DNA of 64,000 nucleotides from an uncultured Actinomycetota bacterium (GTDB lineage Bacteria > Actinomycetota > Thermoleophilia > RBG-16-64-13): the NCBI GenBank assembly GCA_963701105.1, contig OY969565.1, positions 1,101,086-1,165,085 of the forward strand, written 5' to 3'. Every line of letters begins with the position of its first letter. Within the stretch, counting starts at the first letter, position 1. The notes under the pieces were generated by a model. It was not told the DNA's origin and searched no databases. It was given only the letters and a program-made list of their open reading frames with translations. The position numbers were made by a program, and so were the translations under genes. Below, piece by piece: positions 20,118 through 29,872 of this stretch.

Positions 20118-21412
20118 TAAGGAGTATTTCTGTAAATCATTCTTGGGAACGGAATAGTTTCCCTGATATGATCAAGTCCGCAAATCCATGAAACAGTTCT
20201 TTCTAATCCTAAACCAAATCCTGAATGTGGTACTGAACCGAATCTTCTCAGATCAAGGTACCATTCAAAATCTTTCATAGGGAGATCGTGTTCTTTAATT
20301 CTTTCTATTAATAAATCAATATTATCTTCCCTCTGACTTCCGCCAATAATTTCGCCATAACCTTCAGGGGCAAGAACATCCACAGCAAGTGCAAGTTTCG
20401 GATTTTCCGGATCTCTTTTCATGTAAAATGCTTTAACAACAGATGGATAACGATGAACCATTACAGGTCTGTCAAACTGATTTGAAATGATTGTTTCATC
20501 CGGTGCGCCAAAATCATTTCCGTATTCAAATTCACTTCCGTTCTTTTTCAGAATTTCTACAGCTTCATCGTAAGAAATTCTTGGGAGCGGTTTCTTAACA
20601 TTCATTAAAAATTTTATATCTCTCTCAAGAACTTTTAATTCTTCTTGTCTGTCTTTAATTACAATCTGAACAATATATTCAAGGAATTCTTCGGCTAAAT
20701 CCATATCATCATTTAAATCGGCAAAAGCAACTTCAGGTTCACACATCCAGAATTCTGTTAAATGTCTCTTTGTTTTGGATTTTTCTGCGCGGAATGTCGG
20801 TCCGAAGGTATAAACTTTTCCAAGAGCCATTGCACCGGCTTCTGCATACAATTGCCCCGACTGGGTTAAATAAGCTTTACCTAAATCAAAATATTCTGTT
20901 TCAAATAATGTAGAAGTACCTTCGCAGGAAGACGGAGTAAGAATAGGAGGATCCATTAAAGTGAATCCGTTCCCGTCAAAGAAATCTCTAATGGCTTTTA
21001 CTATTCTATGGCGGACACGAAGAATTGCAACCTGTTTGCTTGAACGTAACCAGAGATGACGGTTATCCATTAAAAATTCTACACCATGTTCTTTTGGAGT
21101 AATCGGATAATCGTGAGTTTCAGAAATTATTTTCAGATCAGATGCGTCAAGTTCAAATCCGCCCGGTGCTCTCTGTTCAGCTTTTACTTTGCCGGTAATT
21201 TCAATTGAAGATTCCTGCCCTAATTTTCCCGCTAACTCAAATACTTCTTCGGAAACGTTTCCTTTAAAAAACACACACTGCAAATAACCTGATCCGTCTC
21301 TTAGAATAAGAAAATGCAGTTTGCCGCTTGATCTTTTATTGTAGAGCCAGCCTTGTATCTTAATTTCTTTGCCAACGTATTTCGATAAATCTGATATGAA
21401 AATTTTCTGCAT
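20117..21412 (-). CDS. asnS: Asparagine--tRNA ligase
   Basis: OB-fold N-terminus ([17 protein letters not shown]), [17 protein letters not shown]...RHLTEFWM and GFGLGLER. Confidence 0.95.
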   Translation of the reverse strand: MQKIFISDLSKYVGKEIKIQGWLYNKRSSGKLHFLILRDGSGYLQCVFFKGNVSEEVFELAGKLGQESSIEITGKVKAEQRAPGGFELDASDLKIISETHDYPITPKEHGVEFLMDNRHLWLRSSKQVAILRVRHRIVKAIRDFFDGNGFTLMDPPILTPSSCEGTSTLFETEYFDLGKAYLTQSGQLYAEAGAMALGKVYTFGPTFRAEKSKTKRHLTEFWMCEPEVAFADLNDDMDLAEEFLEYIVQIVIKDRQEELKVLERDIKFLMNVKKPLPRISYDEAVEILKKNGSEFEYGNDFGAPDETIISNQFDRPVMVHRYPSVVKAFYMKRDPENPKLALAVDVLAPEGYGEIIGGSQREDNIDLLIERIKEHDLPMKDFEWYLDLRRFGSVPHSGFGLGLERTVSWICGLDHIRETIPFPRMIYRNTP

Positions 21413-21445
21413 TAATTATTGCAATATGTTGAAAAATTTAATTAA

Positions 21446-21477
21446 CAAATATAAAGAGGGGTGCGTATAAATGCAAA
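21446..21477 (-). promoter_or_regulatory. Bacteroidota-type promoter (-33 TTTG / -7 TAnnTTTG) of asnS
   Basis: Minus strand TTTG-N20-TATATTTG, 33 nt upstream of the ATG. Confidence 0.6.
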
Positions 21478-21546
21478 AAAGGGAATATTTGCTGATACTG
21501 ATTCCTCTATCAACAATTTTACGATTGAATACTTATCTCGGTATTT

Positions 21547-22281
21547 TCATTTATTTATGGTGCTAAATAGAGACTCCGCTTTTTCACGGAGATTTTTTGC
21601 ATTACTTATCGCTGCTTCAAGTATATTATTTTCAATTACTTCCATCGATTCATCAATAAATTCTTTTATAGGCATACCTCCATGAGTCTGGGTTTTGTCT
21701 TTTCTTCTCTCGTGTCCAAGTTCAGTATCAACAGAAGGAGGAATAATTTCAAATACTTTTACAGTTGTTTCTTTTAGTTGATGCCTTAATGACATTGTTA
21801 TTGAATGAATCGCTGCTTTGGTAGCACAATAAACGGGCATAAAAGCTATAGGAACAAAAGCGAGCCCGGATGATATATTCATGATTGCAGAATCGTCCTT
21901 GTCTTTAAATCGTTCAGCAAACAACGATGAGAGATGAATTGGTGCTACAAGGTTTATTTCTATTTCCTTGCCTATTCTCTCAAGATTAACTTCCTTTGTC
22001 ATATCAGCTACCAGTTGAATTCCGGCATTATTGATAAGAATATTTAAATCGGGATAACTTTCTATAACCCACTGATACAATGCTTCTCTTTCTTCAACAA
22101 TGCTGACATCACAAATTGTAGTGATAATTCCAGGAAATTGTTCAGTTATTTCCATAAGGCGATCTTCTCTTCTGCCGCATATAATGACGGTATTTCCTCT
22201 TTTCATAAATTCTTCTGCAAAACCACGACCAATTCCTGAGGTTCCGCCGGTAATTAAAATTGTGTTCCCTGTTGTCTTCAT
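21547..22281 (-). CDS. Short-chain dehydrogenase/reductase (DltE-like)
   Basis: Motifs TGGTSGIG, NNAG, ISSGLAF and YCATK. Confidence 0.9.
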   Translation of the reverse strand: MKTTGNTILITGGTSGIGRGFAEEFMKRGNTVIICGRREDRLMEITEQFPGIITTICDVSIVEEREALYQWVIESYPDLNILINNAGIQLVADMTKEVNLERIGKEIEINLVAPIHLSSLFAERFKDKDDSAIMNISSGLAFVPIAFMPVYCATKAAIHSITMSLRHQLKETTVKVFEIIPPSVDTELGHERRKDKTQTHGGMPIKEFIDESMEVIENNILEAAISNAKNLREKAESLFSTINK

Positions 22282-22480
22282 AAATTTTTCTCCCGAACAA
22301 AACTAAATATTATTTTTATTTAATAGATTAATTCTAATCACTTGATATATAATTTACTGATTTGCGATTTAACTAATTGACTAGCATTTTCGCGGCTTTT
22401 TATATTTTATATTTTTGATTTAATTCCAATCTTAATGTAATTTTTCAGTTCACAAAAAAAATCTCAGCAATTTCGTAAAA

Positions 22481-23437
22481 ATGAATTCCACAGAAGAAAC
22501 TTTAGTTGATATTCCTGCTGTCGAAGTTAAGGATGTTTATAAATCATTTAAAACCGTAAAAGCTGTTAACGGTGTAAATCTCACTATTCAGCCGGGGCAA
22601 TTTACTGCATTGCTTGGTCCTAACGGCGCAGGTAAAACAACTCTAGTGGAAATGATTGAAGGAATTCAGAAACCTGATAAAGGTGAAATCCATATCTTTG
22701 GCAAGAAGTGGGACGGCCATTCAAATGAGCTTCATCAGTTAATAGGGCTTTCTTTACAGGAGACAAGATTTATTGATAAGCTAACCGTTGAAGAAACAAT
22801 GAAAATGTTTGCCAGCTTTTATAATCTTGGCGATGAAAGAGTTAATGAAATAATAGATGAAATTAATCTGAGTGAAAAACGGAAATCTTTTACCGTAAAT
22901 CTTTCGGGAGGCCAAAGACAAAAGCTGGCATTAGGAATTGCACTTCTCAATAATCCGAGAGTTCTTCTGCTGGATGAACCGACAACCGGACTCGATCCAA
23001 ATGCGAGAAGAGAAATCTGGAAAATTCTTCTCCAGTTAAAAAACAAAGCACACACTTCCCTTATTTTAACAACCCATTATATGGAAGAAGCCGAACAGTT
23101 GTGCGATTACATTATAATAATAGATAACGGAAAAATATTACTGGAAGGAACACGCGAAGTATTACTTAATTCTGATGATAAAAAGATTATAGAATTCACT
23201 CCTGAAGGAGGAGAATCTGAAATTAATGAGCTTGTAAAAAACAACTCTCACTTTGAAATTAACTGGGATGAAAATATACGAAAAGGAGCTATTACGATAG
23301 ATAATCTTGAAACTGAACTTCCTGAGTTTCTTACATATCTGAAATCGAAGAATATTCAATTAAAGAATTTTGAGAGCAGAAGAAAAACTCTCGATGATCT
23401 CTTTACATCGTTAACAGGGAGACACCTGAATGCCTGA
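22481..23437 (+). CDS. ABC-2 type exporter ATP-binding protein
   Basis: Walker A GPNGAGKTT, signature LSGGQ, Walker B LLLDEPT and H-loop TTHYM. Confidence 0.93.
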   Translation: MNSTEETLVDIPAVEVKDVYKSFKTVKAVNGVNLTIQPGQFTALLGPNGAGKTTLVEMIEGIQKPDKGEIHIFGKKWDGHSNELHQLIGLSLQETRFIDKLTVEETMKMFASFYNLGDERVNEIIDEINLSEKRKSFTVNLSGGQRQKLALGIALLNNPRVLLLDEPTTGLDPNARREIWKILLQLKNKAHTSLILTTHYMEEAEQLCDYIIIIDNGKILLEGTREVLLNSDDKKIIEFTPEGGESEINELVKNNSHFEINWDENIRKGAITIDNLETELPEFLTYLKSKNIQLKNFESRRKTLDDLFTSLTGRHLNA

Positions 23438-24552
23438 TTCCGGTAGAAACCAGTTCTTGACTTTGTTTATTATCCACACAAAATCACTTATGCGCGAACC
23501 GGCGGTTCTGTTCTGGGGAATTATATTTCCCCTGTTGATGGCACTTGGACTGGGACTTGCCTTCACACAGAAGACAGATACACTTCATAAGATTGCAGTA
23601 ATTAATAATACTTCCACAGATACAATGAACCGGTTTGAACAATTTCTTGTCAACAGAACGGAGAAGTTTAAAGACGGTACTACAAAGGAAAATGAATATA
23701 GAATTACTGTCAAAGATAAAAAGCTCGGGAATAATACTTATATCTTCATAAGAAGCAACCTGGAGTGATGCAACAAAACTATTGAAACGAGGCGAGATCA
23801 ATTTGATTATTGAAGAAAAGGATGGTAAAACAGAATATCATTTCGATCCTGTAAATCCTGAAGCAAAATTGACTTACCTGAATCTCACTAAAATAATTAA
23901 TAATGAGATACAGTTAAGTAGAGATGAATCGATTGAGCCATTAACTCTAACCGGCACAAGGTATATCGATTTTTTCATCCCCGGGTTAATTGCTATGGGA
24001 TTGATGATGTCATCAGTCTGGGGTTTGGGTTACGGGATAATTGAAACACGCTCGAAAAAACTATTACGCAGAATGATTGCAACACCGATGAAAAAATCAT
24101 ACTTCCTTATTTCACTTATAAGTGTACGCTCGATAATGAATTTTTTTGAGGCCGGATTACTGTTCCTGTTCTCTTATCTTGTGTTCGGAATTACCATACA
24201 GGGAAACATAATTGCATTAATTCTGATTTTCATTGCGGGTAACATAAGTTTTGCCGGAATTGCAATCGTTACTGCATCGCGCACAGCAAACCCTGAAGTT
24301 GGTAATGGATTAATAAATGCTATTGCCACACCTATGATTGTACTATCCGGAATATTTTTCAGCTACCATAATTTTCCTGATTGGGCTATCGGGTTTATTA
24401 AAATACTTCCACTCACAATTTTAGCCGATGGAATCCGGAGTATTTTTATTGAAGGTGCAGGACTAACTGAAATGGTGATTCCTTTCTTCGCACTCCTGGC
24501 TACGGGTGTTATTTGTTTCTATGTAGGTTTAAAATTCTTTAAGTGGTATTAA
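23430..24552 (+). pseudogene. ABC-2 permease split by a +1 frameshift at about 23750
   Basis: ORFs 23430..23768 and 23782..24552 are in different frames. Deleting one A in TTC ATA A GAA gives ...YIFIEATWSDATKLLKRGE..., a continuous 373-aa permease. Confidence 0.75.
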
Positions 24553-24565
24553 CTCGTTAGACTGG

Positions 24566-24597
24566 GGGAATCAGTATATGGTTAGCTGCTGATTCCC
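24566..24597. terminator. Hairpin between convergent genes
   Basis: 9-bp stem GGGAATCAG / CTGATTCCC with a 14-nt loop. Confidence 0.5.
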
Positions 24598-24624
24598 GAG
24601 AAAAACACAAAACATACCTTTTCT

Positions 24625-26106
24625 TTACCAACCCAATTTTATTTGAGCATAATATGAATATGTACCTACAAAATCATCATAAGCATATGCCCCGTCAAGC
24701 TGCAGAGCCCTGTAAATATTAAACCCTATACCGCCTGTAAATCTTTTGTCTGCCATTCCTGCTCTGAATGCGATCCCGAGCTTATCTTTTATAGCATCAA
24801 GCCTGTACTCAGTGCCAACTCTGAGACGTGAAAGGTAATCTTCATACCTGATATCTTTTTCAGAAATATCCGCCAAGTCAAATTCTACATCCCAGTTTTC
24901 TGTTATCGGATGAATTGCCCCGAAATTAATTATCATTGGAAGTTTAAGATCGAAGGGAATGCCGATATGATATGTTTGTGATACCGATTGAATCACAGTA
25001 TCTCCCTGAGCGTTTATGACTATATTTCCATTAGCATCTCTCTTATAATCCAGGTAGGTGTTAGCAAAATCTGTGGTTAATGTAGAAGTAATTTTTTTTA
25101 CGGGAATTATATTCTGGATAGATAAACCAATTTCTGTTCCTGTAGGAAACTTGTAAAGTCCTCCTAAATCAAGAGTAACACCTGTAGTGTATTGATTCAA
25201 ATCGCGTTTAAGAATATTCAGAATATCATTATACTGTTCAAGAAGAAGTTTCTTGGCTGAGAATCTCCTGTGAACAACTTTAATATTTGCTCCTATATTT
25301 AAATTCTTTGCTATATTAAATGAATAACCGGCAGCCCCAACAACATCAACGTAAGAAACTGAATATGCAAAAGGTAAAACATCCGTAAAATCGTTACTAT
25401 TAAATATTGGCTGAAGAATTCCCTGTAATGCAAGTATTGCGTTTTCAACTTGCTGCGGATTACTGAGATCATCAGGAATTGGAATACTTAACAATGCATC
25501 AATTATTGGACTTTGCTCAACTTCAAATGCTGATTGCCCTACTCCGTACAAAGTGAATCCGAAATTTCCAACCTGCACTGCAAGTGATGGAATAGTTCTT
25601 ATGCCATGCGTAGCCGGGTTTTCAGATGTACCTATTAATTGCTGAAACAGATCTCTCGGAAATTTTAATCCATCCTGAATTTTTTTAACTGCTGCGAGCT
25701 GCTGGTTAATATCCGTTGCGTTCTTAAAATCGGATATGCCATTCCACACCTCTTTGAGAGAAAGTGCATCCTTAAATTCCTGTAAATGATTATTCAGAAA
25801 ATTTGCCGCCTCATATGTTTTAGGCGGTAAACTTAAACTTACTGTAATTCCGTCAATTGAAAAACGGCTCCTGCTAAGCAACGCGGGATTGTAGAGCATA
25901 GCATTAATCTTTCTGCCATTTGCTACACCGGTCTTCCCCATTCCCACATATTTAACATCTTCCCTGTTTGTAGGGATAGGGAGAGAAATTGATTCCGTAG
26001 TTATTTGCTGATCGGGCAGCATAAGAACATTTGGATCAAGCGAATATTGTCCAAATACTACACTGCTAAAGAGTAAAAGATTCAAAAGAATTTTCAGGTG
26101 TTTCAT
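24625..26106 (-). CDS. Outer-membrane beta-barrel, TraF_2/FadL/PorV-like
   Basis: Signal peptide, N-terminal plug motif GMGKTGVA...NPALL, amphipathic beta strands and C-terminal YAQIKLGW. Confidence 0.7.
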   Translation of the reverse strand: MKHLKILLNLLLFSSVVFGQYSLDPNVLMLPDQQITTESISLPIPTNREDVKYVGMGKTGVANGRKINAMLYNPALLSRSRFSIDGITVSLSLPPKTYEAANFLNNHLQEFKDALSLKEVWNGISDFKNATDINQQLAAVKKIQDGLKFPRDLFQQLIGTSENPATHGIRTIPSLAVQVGNFGFTLYGVGQSAFEVEQSPIIDALLSIPIPDDLSNPQQVENAILALQGILQPIFNSNDFTDVLPFAYSVSYVDVVGAAGYSFNIAKNLNIGANIKVVHRRFSAKKLLLEQYNDILNILKRDLNQYTTGVTLDLGGLYKFPTGTEIGLSIQNIIPVKKITSTLTTDFANTYLDYKRDANGNIVINAQGDTVIQSVSQTYHIGIPFDLKLPMIINFGAIHPITENWDVEFDLADISEKDIRYEDYLSRLRVGTEYRLDAIKDKLGIAFRAGMADKRFTGGIGFNIYRALQLDGAYAYDDFVGTYSYYAQIKLGW

Positions 26107-26288
26107 ACTAGGATTCCTTAGATAGTTTTTCGGGTTAACCTAAATAGTACATGCGAAAAACGTTAAGATTATAGCTCAAACATATTGTTATGCTCTTTTT
26201 ATTTCAATTTTGATAATTCCCGGTCTTATTAATTATCGTAATTGAAAAACAGTACATTTGATAAATGTTTATATCCCCTTAAGCCCGG

Positions 26289-26304
26289 CGGCACGGATAT
26301 TGCT
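26289..26304 (+). promoter_or_regulatory. Sigma54 (RpoN) -24/-12 promoter of the metal-efflux operon
   Basis: CGGCACG-GATA-TTGCT versus consensus TGGCACG-N4-TTGCW; exact GG-N10-GC spacing; 36 nt before the ATG at 26341. Confidence 0.75.
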
Positions 26305-26340
26305 TTTGATGCAGCGATAATTTATGTTTGTCAATAATTG

Positions 26341-26769
26341 ATGAAAAGAAAAATCTTCATATTAACATTACTAAGTATTTTCTTCGTAGCTACTACGGGG
26401 TTACCTCTTGTAATTCATATATGCAGTATGAACGGAATGTCTCCCACCTCAACCTGCAAAATGCACAAAGAGATGAAGGAAGAGCATAGCTGCTGTAATA
26501 ATAAAGAAAATGAAAACCGTGTTAAAATTTCTTTAAATGATTTTAACGCATGCTGCCAGTTCAAAGTATTTAACAAAAATATTACAGATCAGTTTCTTTC
26601 ATCCGGCAACGATTTAAGCCTGATATCCAATGTTAAAATTATTAATGCCGGTATCTTCACTGATTATCAGTCACCGGATGTTACAGTACAATTTAATTAT
26701 ACAAGCAGTTCCCCCCCGCCTCTTTTAGATAACCATATTTATTTAGACAACTCAGTATTTCTTATTTAA
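26341..26769 (+). CDS. Cys/His-rich exported protein (HYC_CC_PP-type)
   Basis: Signal-like N-terminus, then HIC, C, CC, CC and C-terminal SSPPP; first gene after the sigma54 site. Confidence 0.7.
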   Translation: MKRKIFILTLLSIFFVATTGLPLVIHICSMNGMSPTSTCKMHKEMKEEHSCCNNKENENRVKISLNDFNACCQFKVFNKNITDQFLSSGNDLSLISNVKIINAGIFTDYQSPDVTVQFNYTSSSPPPLLDNHIYLDNSVFLI

Positions 26770-26773
26770 TACC

Positions 26774-26877
26774 CGTACAATTCTTTGTATGAAGGGATAT
26801 TTATATCTCTTCCAATCTGTTATTCCGTTGAATTAACAGTTTCCCGATCATTTAATTGATCAAAGTAAATTTGTACG
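26774..26877 (+). ncRNA. Candidate cis-regulatory four-way-junction RNA upstream of cusC
   Basis: Closing stem CGTACAA..CTTTG / CAAAG..TTGTACG encloses three hairpins and ends on the first G of the GAGG RBS. Folded by hand only. Confidence 0.35.
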
Positions 26878-26886
26878 AGGAATTAA

Positions 26887-28158
26887 ATGTGTAGAATTAA
26901 AAAAATATTATTTCTTATCTGTTTATTGCTTACACCGGGATTTATTTTCGGACAGTCGCTTGATTCGTTAATGAACCGCGCAATTGAAGTTAGTCCCAAA
27001 CTGAAAATGCTCCAGGCGAAGTCTGATGCGGCTGCAAGCAGAATTGATCAAAATTCAAATCTTCCGGATCCCACTTTAACATTAGGACTGGCAAACCTCC
27101 CTGTTAATTCATTTTCGTTTACGCAGGAACCAATGACAGGTAAAGTTATCGGGTTAAGCCAGGGTATTCCATTCCCCGGAAAACTTGGTGCTGTTGCGGA
27201 TGTTGCCGGGAAAGATGTTGATATAATTCAGCAGGAAATTATAGATGCAAGGAATGAAATAATAAAAGATGTGAAACAGAATTATTATGAACTGTGCTAC
27301 ACCAGGAAATCTATAACAATTGAGAATGAAAATCTGAAACTCCTTAAGGAGATTTCAAAAGTTGTAAAAACAAAATATGAAGTATCAACAGCAAGCCAGC
27401 AGAATCTATTAAAGGTTGAACTTGAACTGACAAACATTAGTGATAAAATTGAAGACCTTAAAAGTAAAGAAGAATCATTACAGGCAATTTTAAATGCTGA
27501 ACTCCTTCTTCCGGCTGATAATAAAATAACAACTAGTGAAATCGGCGAAATAAATTTTCAGAATTATTCTTCAGATGCACTCGATTCGCTCGCAGTTAAG
27601 CATCGCCCTTACTTAAAAGGATTTCATATCGCACAGGAAAAAGCTTTGATGCAGGAAAATCTTGCAAAGTACGACCGCTACCCGAACTTCAATCTTTCTG
27701 TTCAATATGCACAAAGAGATGATATTGCAAAAACAAACACACCTTTAACTGATTTTTTTTCGGTAATGATTGGAGTTACACTTCCGTTAAACTACGGTGG
27801 CAAAACAACTGCAAAAGTAGAAGAAGCTGAATCAATGCAGCAGATGTACAATCAACAATATTTACTTGCTCAGCAGGTTTTAAATCAGAATTTCGGTTCT
27901 TCTGCTGCGATCTTAAATTCTCTTTGTAAAAGAATTAAGCTGATAAAAGAAGGAGAATTTCCACAGGCTCAACAGGCATTTAATTCTGCTTTATCAAGTT
28001 ACCAGGTTGGTCAGATTGATTTCTTAAATGTAATTGAATCGCAGACAAAACTTTATACTGTTGAAACAAAACTCTACAGGTTGAAGACAGATTACTTAAA
28101 AGAAATTGCATCTCTCGAATTCCTTACAGGAACAGATTTGAATAAGAGTTTGAAATAG
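26887..28158 (+). CDS. cusC: TolC-family outer-membrane efflux protein (CusC-like)
   Basis: Motifs LPDPTL...MTG..IGLSQGIPFPGKL, RYPNFNL, GVTLPL and SYQVGQIDFLNVIES; upstream of cusBA. Confidence 0.85.
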   Translation: MCRIKKILFLICLLLTPGFIFGQSLDSLMNRAIEVSPKLKMLQAKSDAAASRIDQNSNLPDPTLTLGLANLPVNSFSFTQEPMTGKVIGLSQGIPFPGKLGAVADVAGKDVDIIQQEIIDARNEIIKDVKQNYYELCYTRKSITIENENLKLLKEISKVVKTKYEVSTASQQNLLKVELELTNISDKIEDLKSKEESLQAILNAELLLPADNKITTSEIGEINFQNYSSDALDSLAVKHRPYLKGFHIAQEKALMQENLAKYDRYPNFNLSVQYAQRDDIAKTNTPLTDFFSVMIGVTLPLNYGGKTTAKVEEAESMQQMYNQQYLLAQQVLNQNFGSSAAILNSLCKRIKLIKEGEFPQAQQAFNSALSSYQVGQIDFLNVIESQTKLYTVETKLYRLKTDYLKEIASLEFLTGTDLNKSLK

Positions 28159-28167
28159 GAGATTATA

Positions 28168-29859
28168 ATGAAAAAGAAATATTTAATAATAAGTTTAATA
28201 ATAATTGCAGTTGCTGCAGTCGGATTAATTTTAACTACACCTTTCAGTAGCAGTAATGAAGTAAAAACACAAAAGCAGTTATACACCTGCGGAATGCATC
28301 CACAAATAATTGAAGATCATCCCGGCGATTGCCCTATTTGCGGGATGAAGCTCGTTCCGGTTAAGAATAGTACCTCTGGAAATGTAAAATCCGGGGAGCG
28401 AAAAATACTTTACTGGCGTGCACCGATGGACCCAAACGAAATTTATGATCATCCCGGAAAATCTAAAATGGGAATGGATCTCGTTCCTGTTTATGAAGAT
28501 GAAGAAGGAAATTCAGGAATTGTAAAAATCGATCCTGCTGTTGTTCAGAATATGAATGTTAAACTTGCAACTGTTGAAGAGAAAAATCTTTCTTCGGTTG
28601 TAACTACAAACGGTGTTCTTAAGTCAAATGAAAAAACCGATTACATTGTCACGACTCGCGTGAGCGGCTGGATAGAAAAACTTTATGTTAATTACACAGG
28701 CGAAAAGGTTTCCAGAGGCGAAAAGCTAATGGATATTTATTCTCCTGAACTTGTTTCTGCCCAACAGGAGTTACTTACAGCTCTTTCCTATAATAATAGT
28801 GTAAGCCAGTCATCTATAAAAAATATTCTTGACAGCGGAAATGAATTGGTTAAAAATGCAATCCGCAAACTTCAGCTTTTGGAAGTTCCCGAAAAAGATA
28901 TTGAAAAACTGAAGGAGACAAAAGAAATAAAAACTTATGTAACTCTTTATGCACAAAACAGCGGAACAGTTATTTCCAAAAATGTTCTTGAAGGGCAAAA
29001 GATAATTGCGGGAATGCCGCTTATGCAGATATCTGATTTATCAAACCTGTGGCTGCTTGCCGATGTTTATGAATATGAGTTATCAAAAATCGATGTCGGT
29101 TCACCAGCAAAAATAAAATTTAATTATCTGCCGGGACAAACATTTAACGGTAAGGTTTCCTTTATTTATCCGACACTCGATCCAAAATCAAGAACAGTAA
29201 AAGTGCGTCTTGATATAAATAATTCAAACGAAAAATTAAAACCTGAAATGTTTGCCAATGTTGAAATAAGCGGAAAGGATTTTGGACTCACTCCGGTTAT
29301 ACCCGAAAATGCTGTTATCAGAAGCGGAACAAAAGATATCGTTATCCTATCACTAGGCGACGGCAAATTCAAACCTCAGACTGTAACTCTTGGCGGTTAC
29401 TCAAACGGATACTACCAGGTGCTTAAGGGACTTACTGCAGGATCAAAAATAGTTATCTCTGCACAGTTCTTAATTGATTCTGAAAGTAATCTTAAATCCG
29501 CAATCGGTATGATGCAGGATACTCCCCCGGATTCTTCAACTCCTGAAAAGCAGATGGATATGAAGAAAGATAAAGAAATTAAAAAACCGAAAGAAAAAAA
29601 TAAACCTAATTCCGAATCGGAAATAAAGCAGAACAAAAAAGTAGAAGCAACTACAGAAAATATTGTCCGTACGGGAGTAATTGATTTACAGGCAATCGAT
29701 AAAAATAATGATGGAAAACTTTTCCAGGATGAAATGGATTGGAATGTAATCTCAGATAAATTTGGTAAATGCACTCTATGCGGAATGACACTTACAGAAT
29801 TGCCGATTGAGCAGGTAAAGAAAAACCTGATCGAAAACGGATTTAAGGTCAAAGAATGA
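28168..29859 (+). CDS. cusB: CusB-like RND periplasmic adaptor with three heavy-metal-binding modules
   Basis: Motifs YTCGMHPQI...CPICGMKL, YWRAPMDP...KSKMGMDLVPVY, IYSPELVSAQQE, YPTLDPKSRTVKVR, AQFLIDSES and C-terminal CTLCGMTL. Confidence 0.92.
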   Translation: MKKKYLIISLIIIAVAAVGLILTTPFSSSNEVKTQKQLYTCGMHPQIIEDHPGDCPICGMKLVPVKNSTSGNVKSGERKILYWRAPMDPNEIYDHPGKSKMGMDLVPVYEDEEGNSGIVKIDPAVVQNMNVKLATVEEKNLSSVVTTNGVLKSNEKTDYIVTTRVSGWIEKLYVNYTGEKVSRGEKLMDIYSPELVSAQQELLTALSYNNSVSQSSIKNILDSGNELVKNAIRKLQLLEVPEKDIEKLKETKEIKTYVTLYAQNSGTVISKNVLEGQKIIAGMPLMQISDLSNLWLLADVYEYELSKIDVGSPAKIKFNYLPGQTFNGKVSFIYPTLDPKSRTVKVRLDINNSNEKLKPEMFANVEISGKDFGLTPVIPENAVIRSGTKDIVILSLGDGKFKPQTVTLGGYSNGYYQVLKGLTAGSKIVISAQFLIDSESNLKSAIGMMQDTPPDSSTPEKQMDMKKDKEIKKPKEKNKPNSESEIKQNKKVEATTENIVRTGVIDLQAIDKNNDGKLFQDEMDWNVISDKFGKCTLCGMTLTELPIEQVKKNLIENGFKVKE

Positions 29860-29872
29860 TTGAGAACAGTGG

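Noticed and set aside
24625-26106. Conjugative element implied by the TraF-like gene
   Set aside because: No relaxase, coupling protein, T4SS ATPase or integrase is nearby; this barrel family is common outside ICEs.
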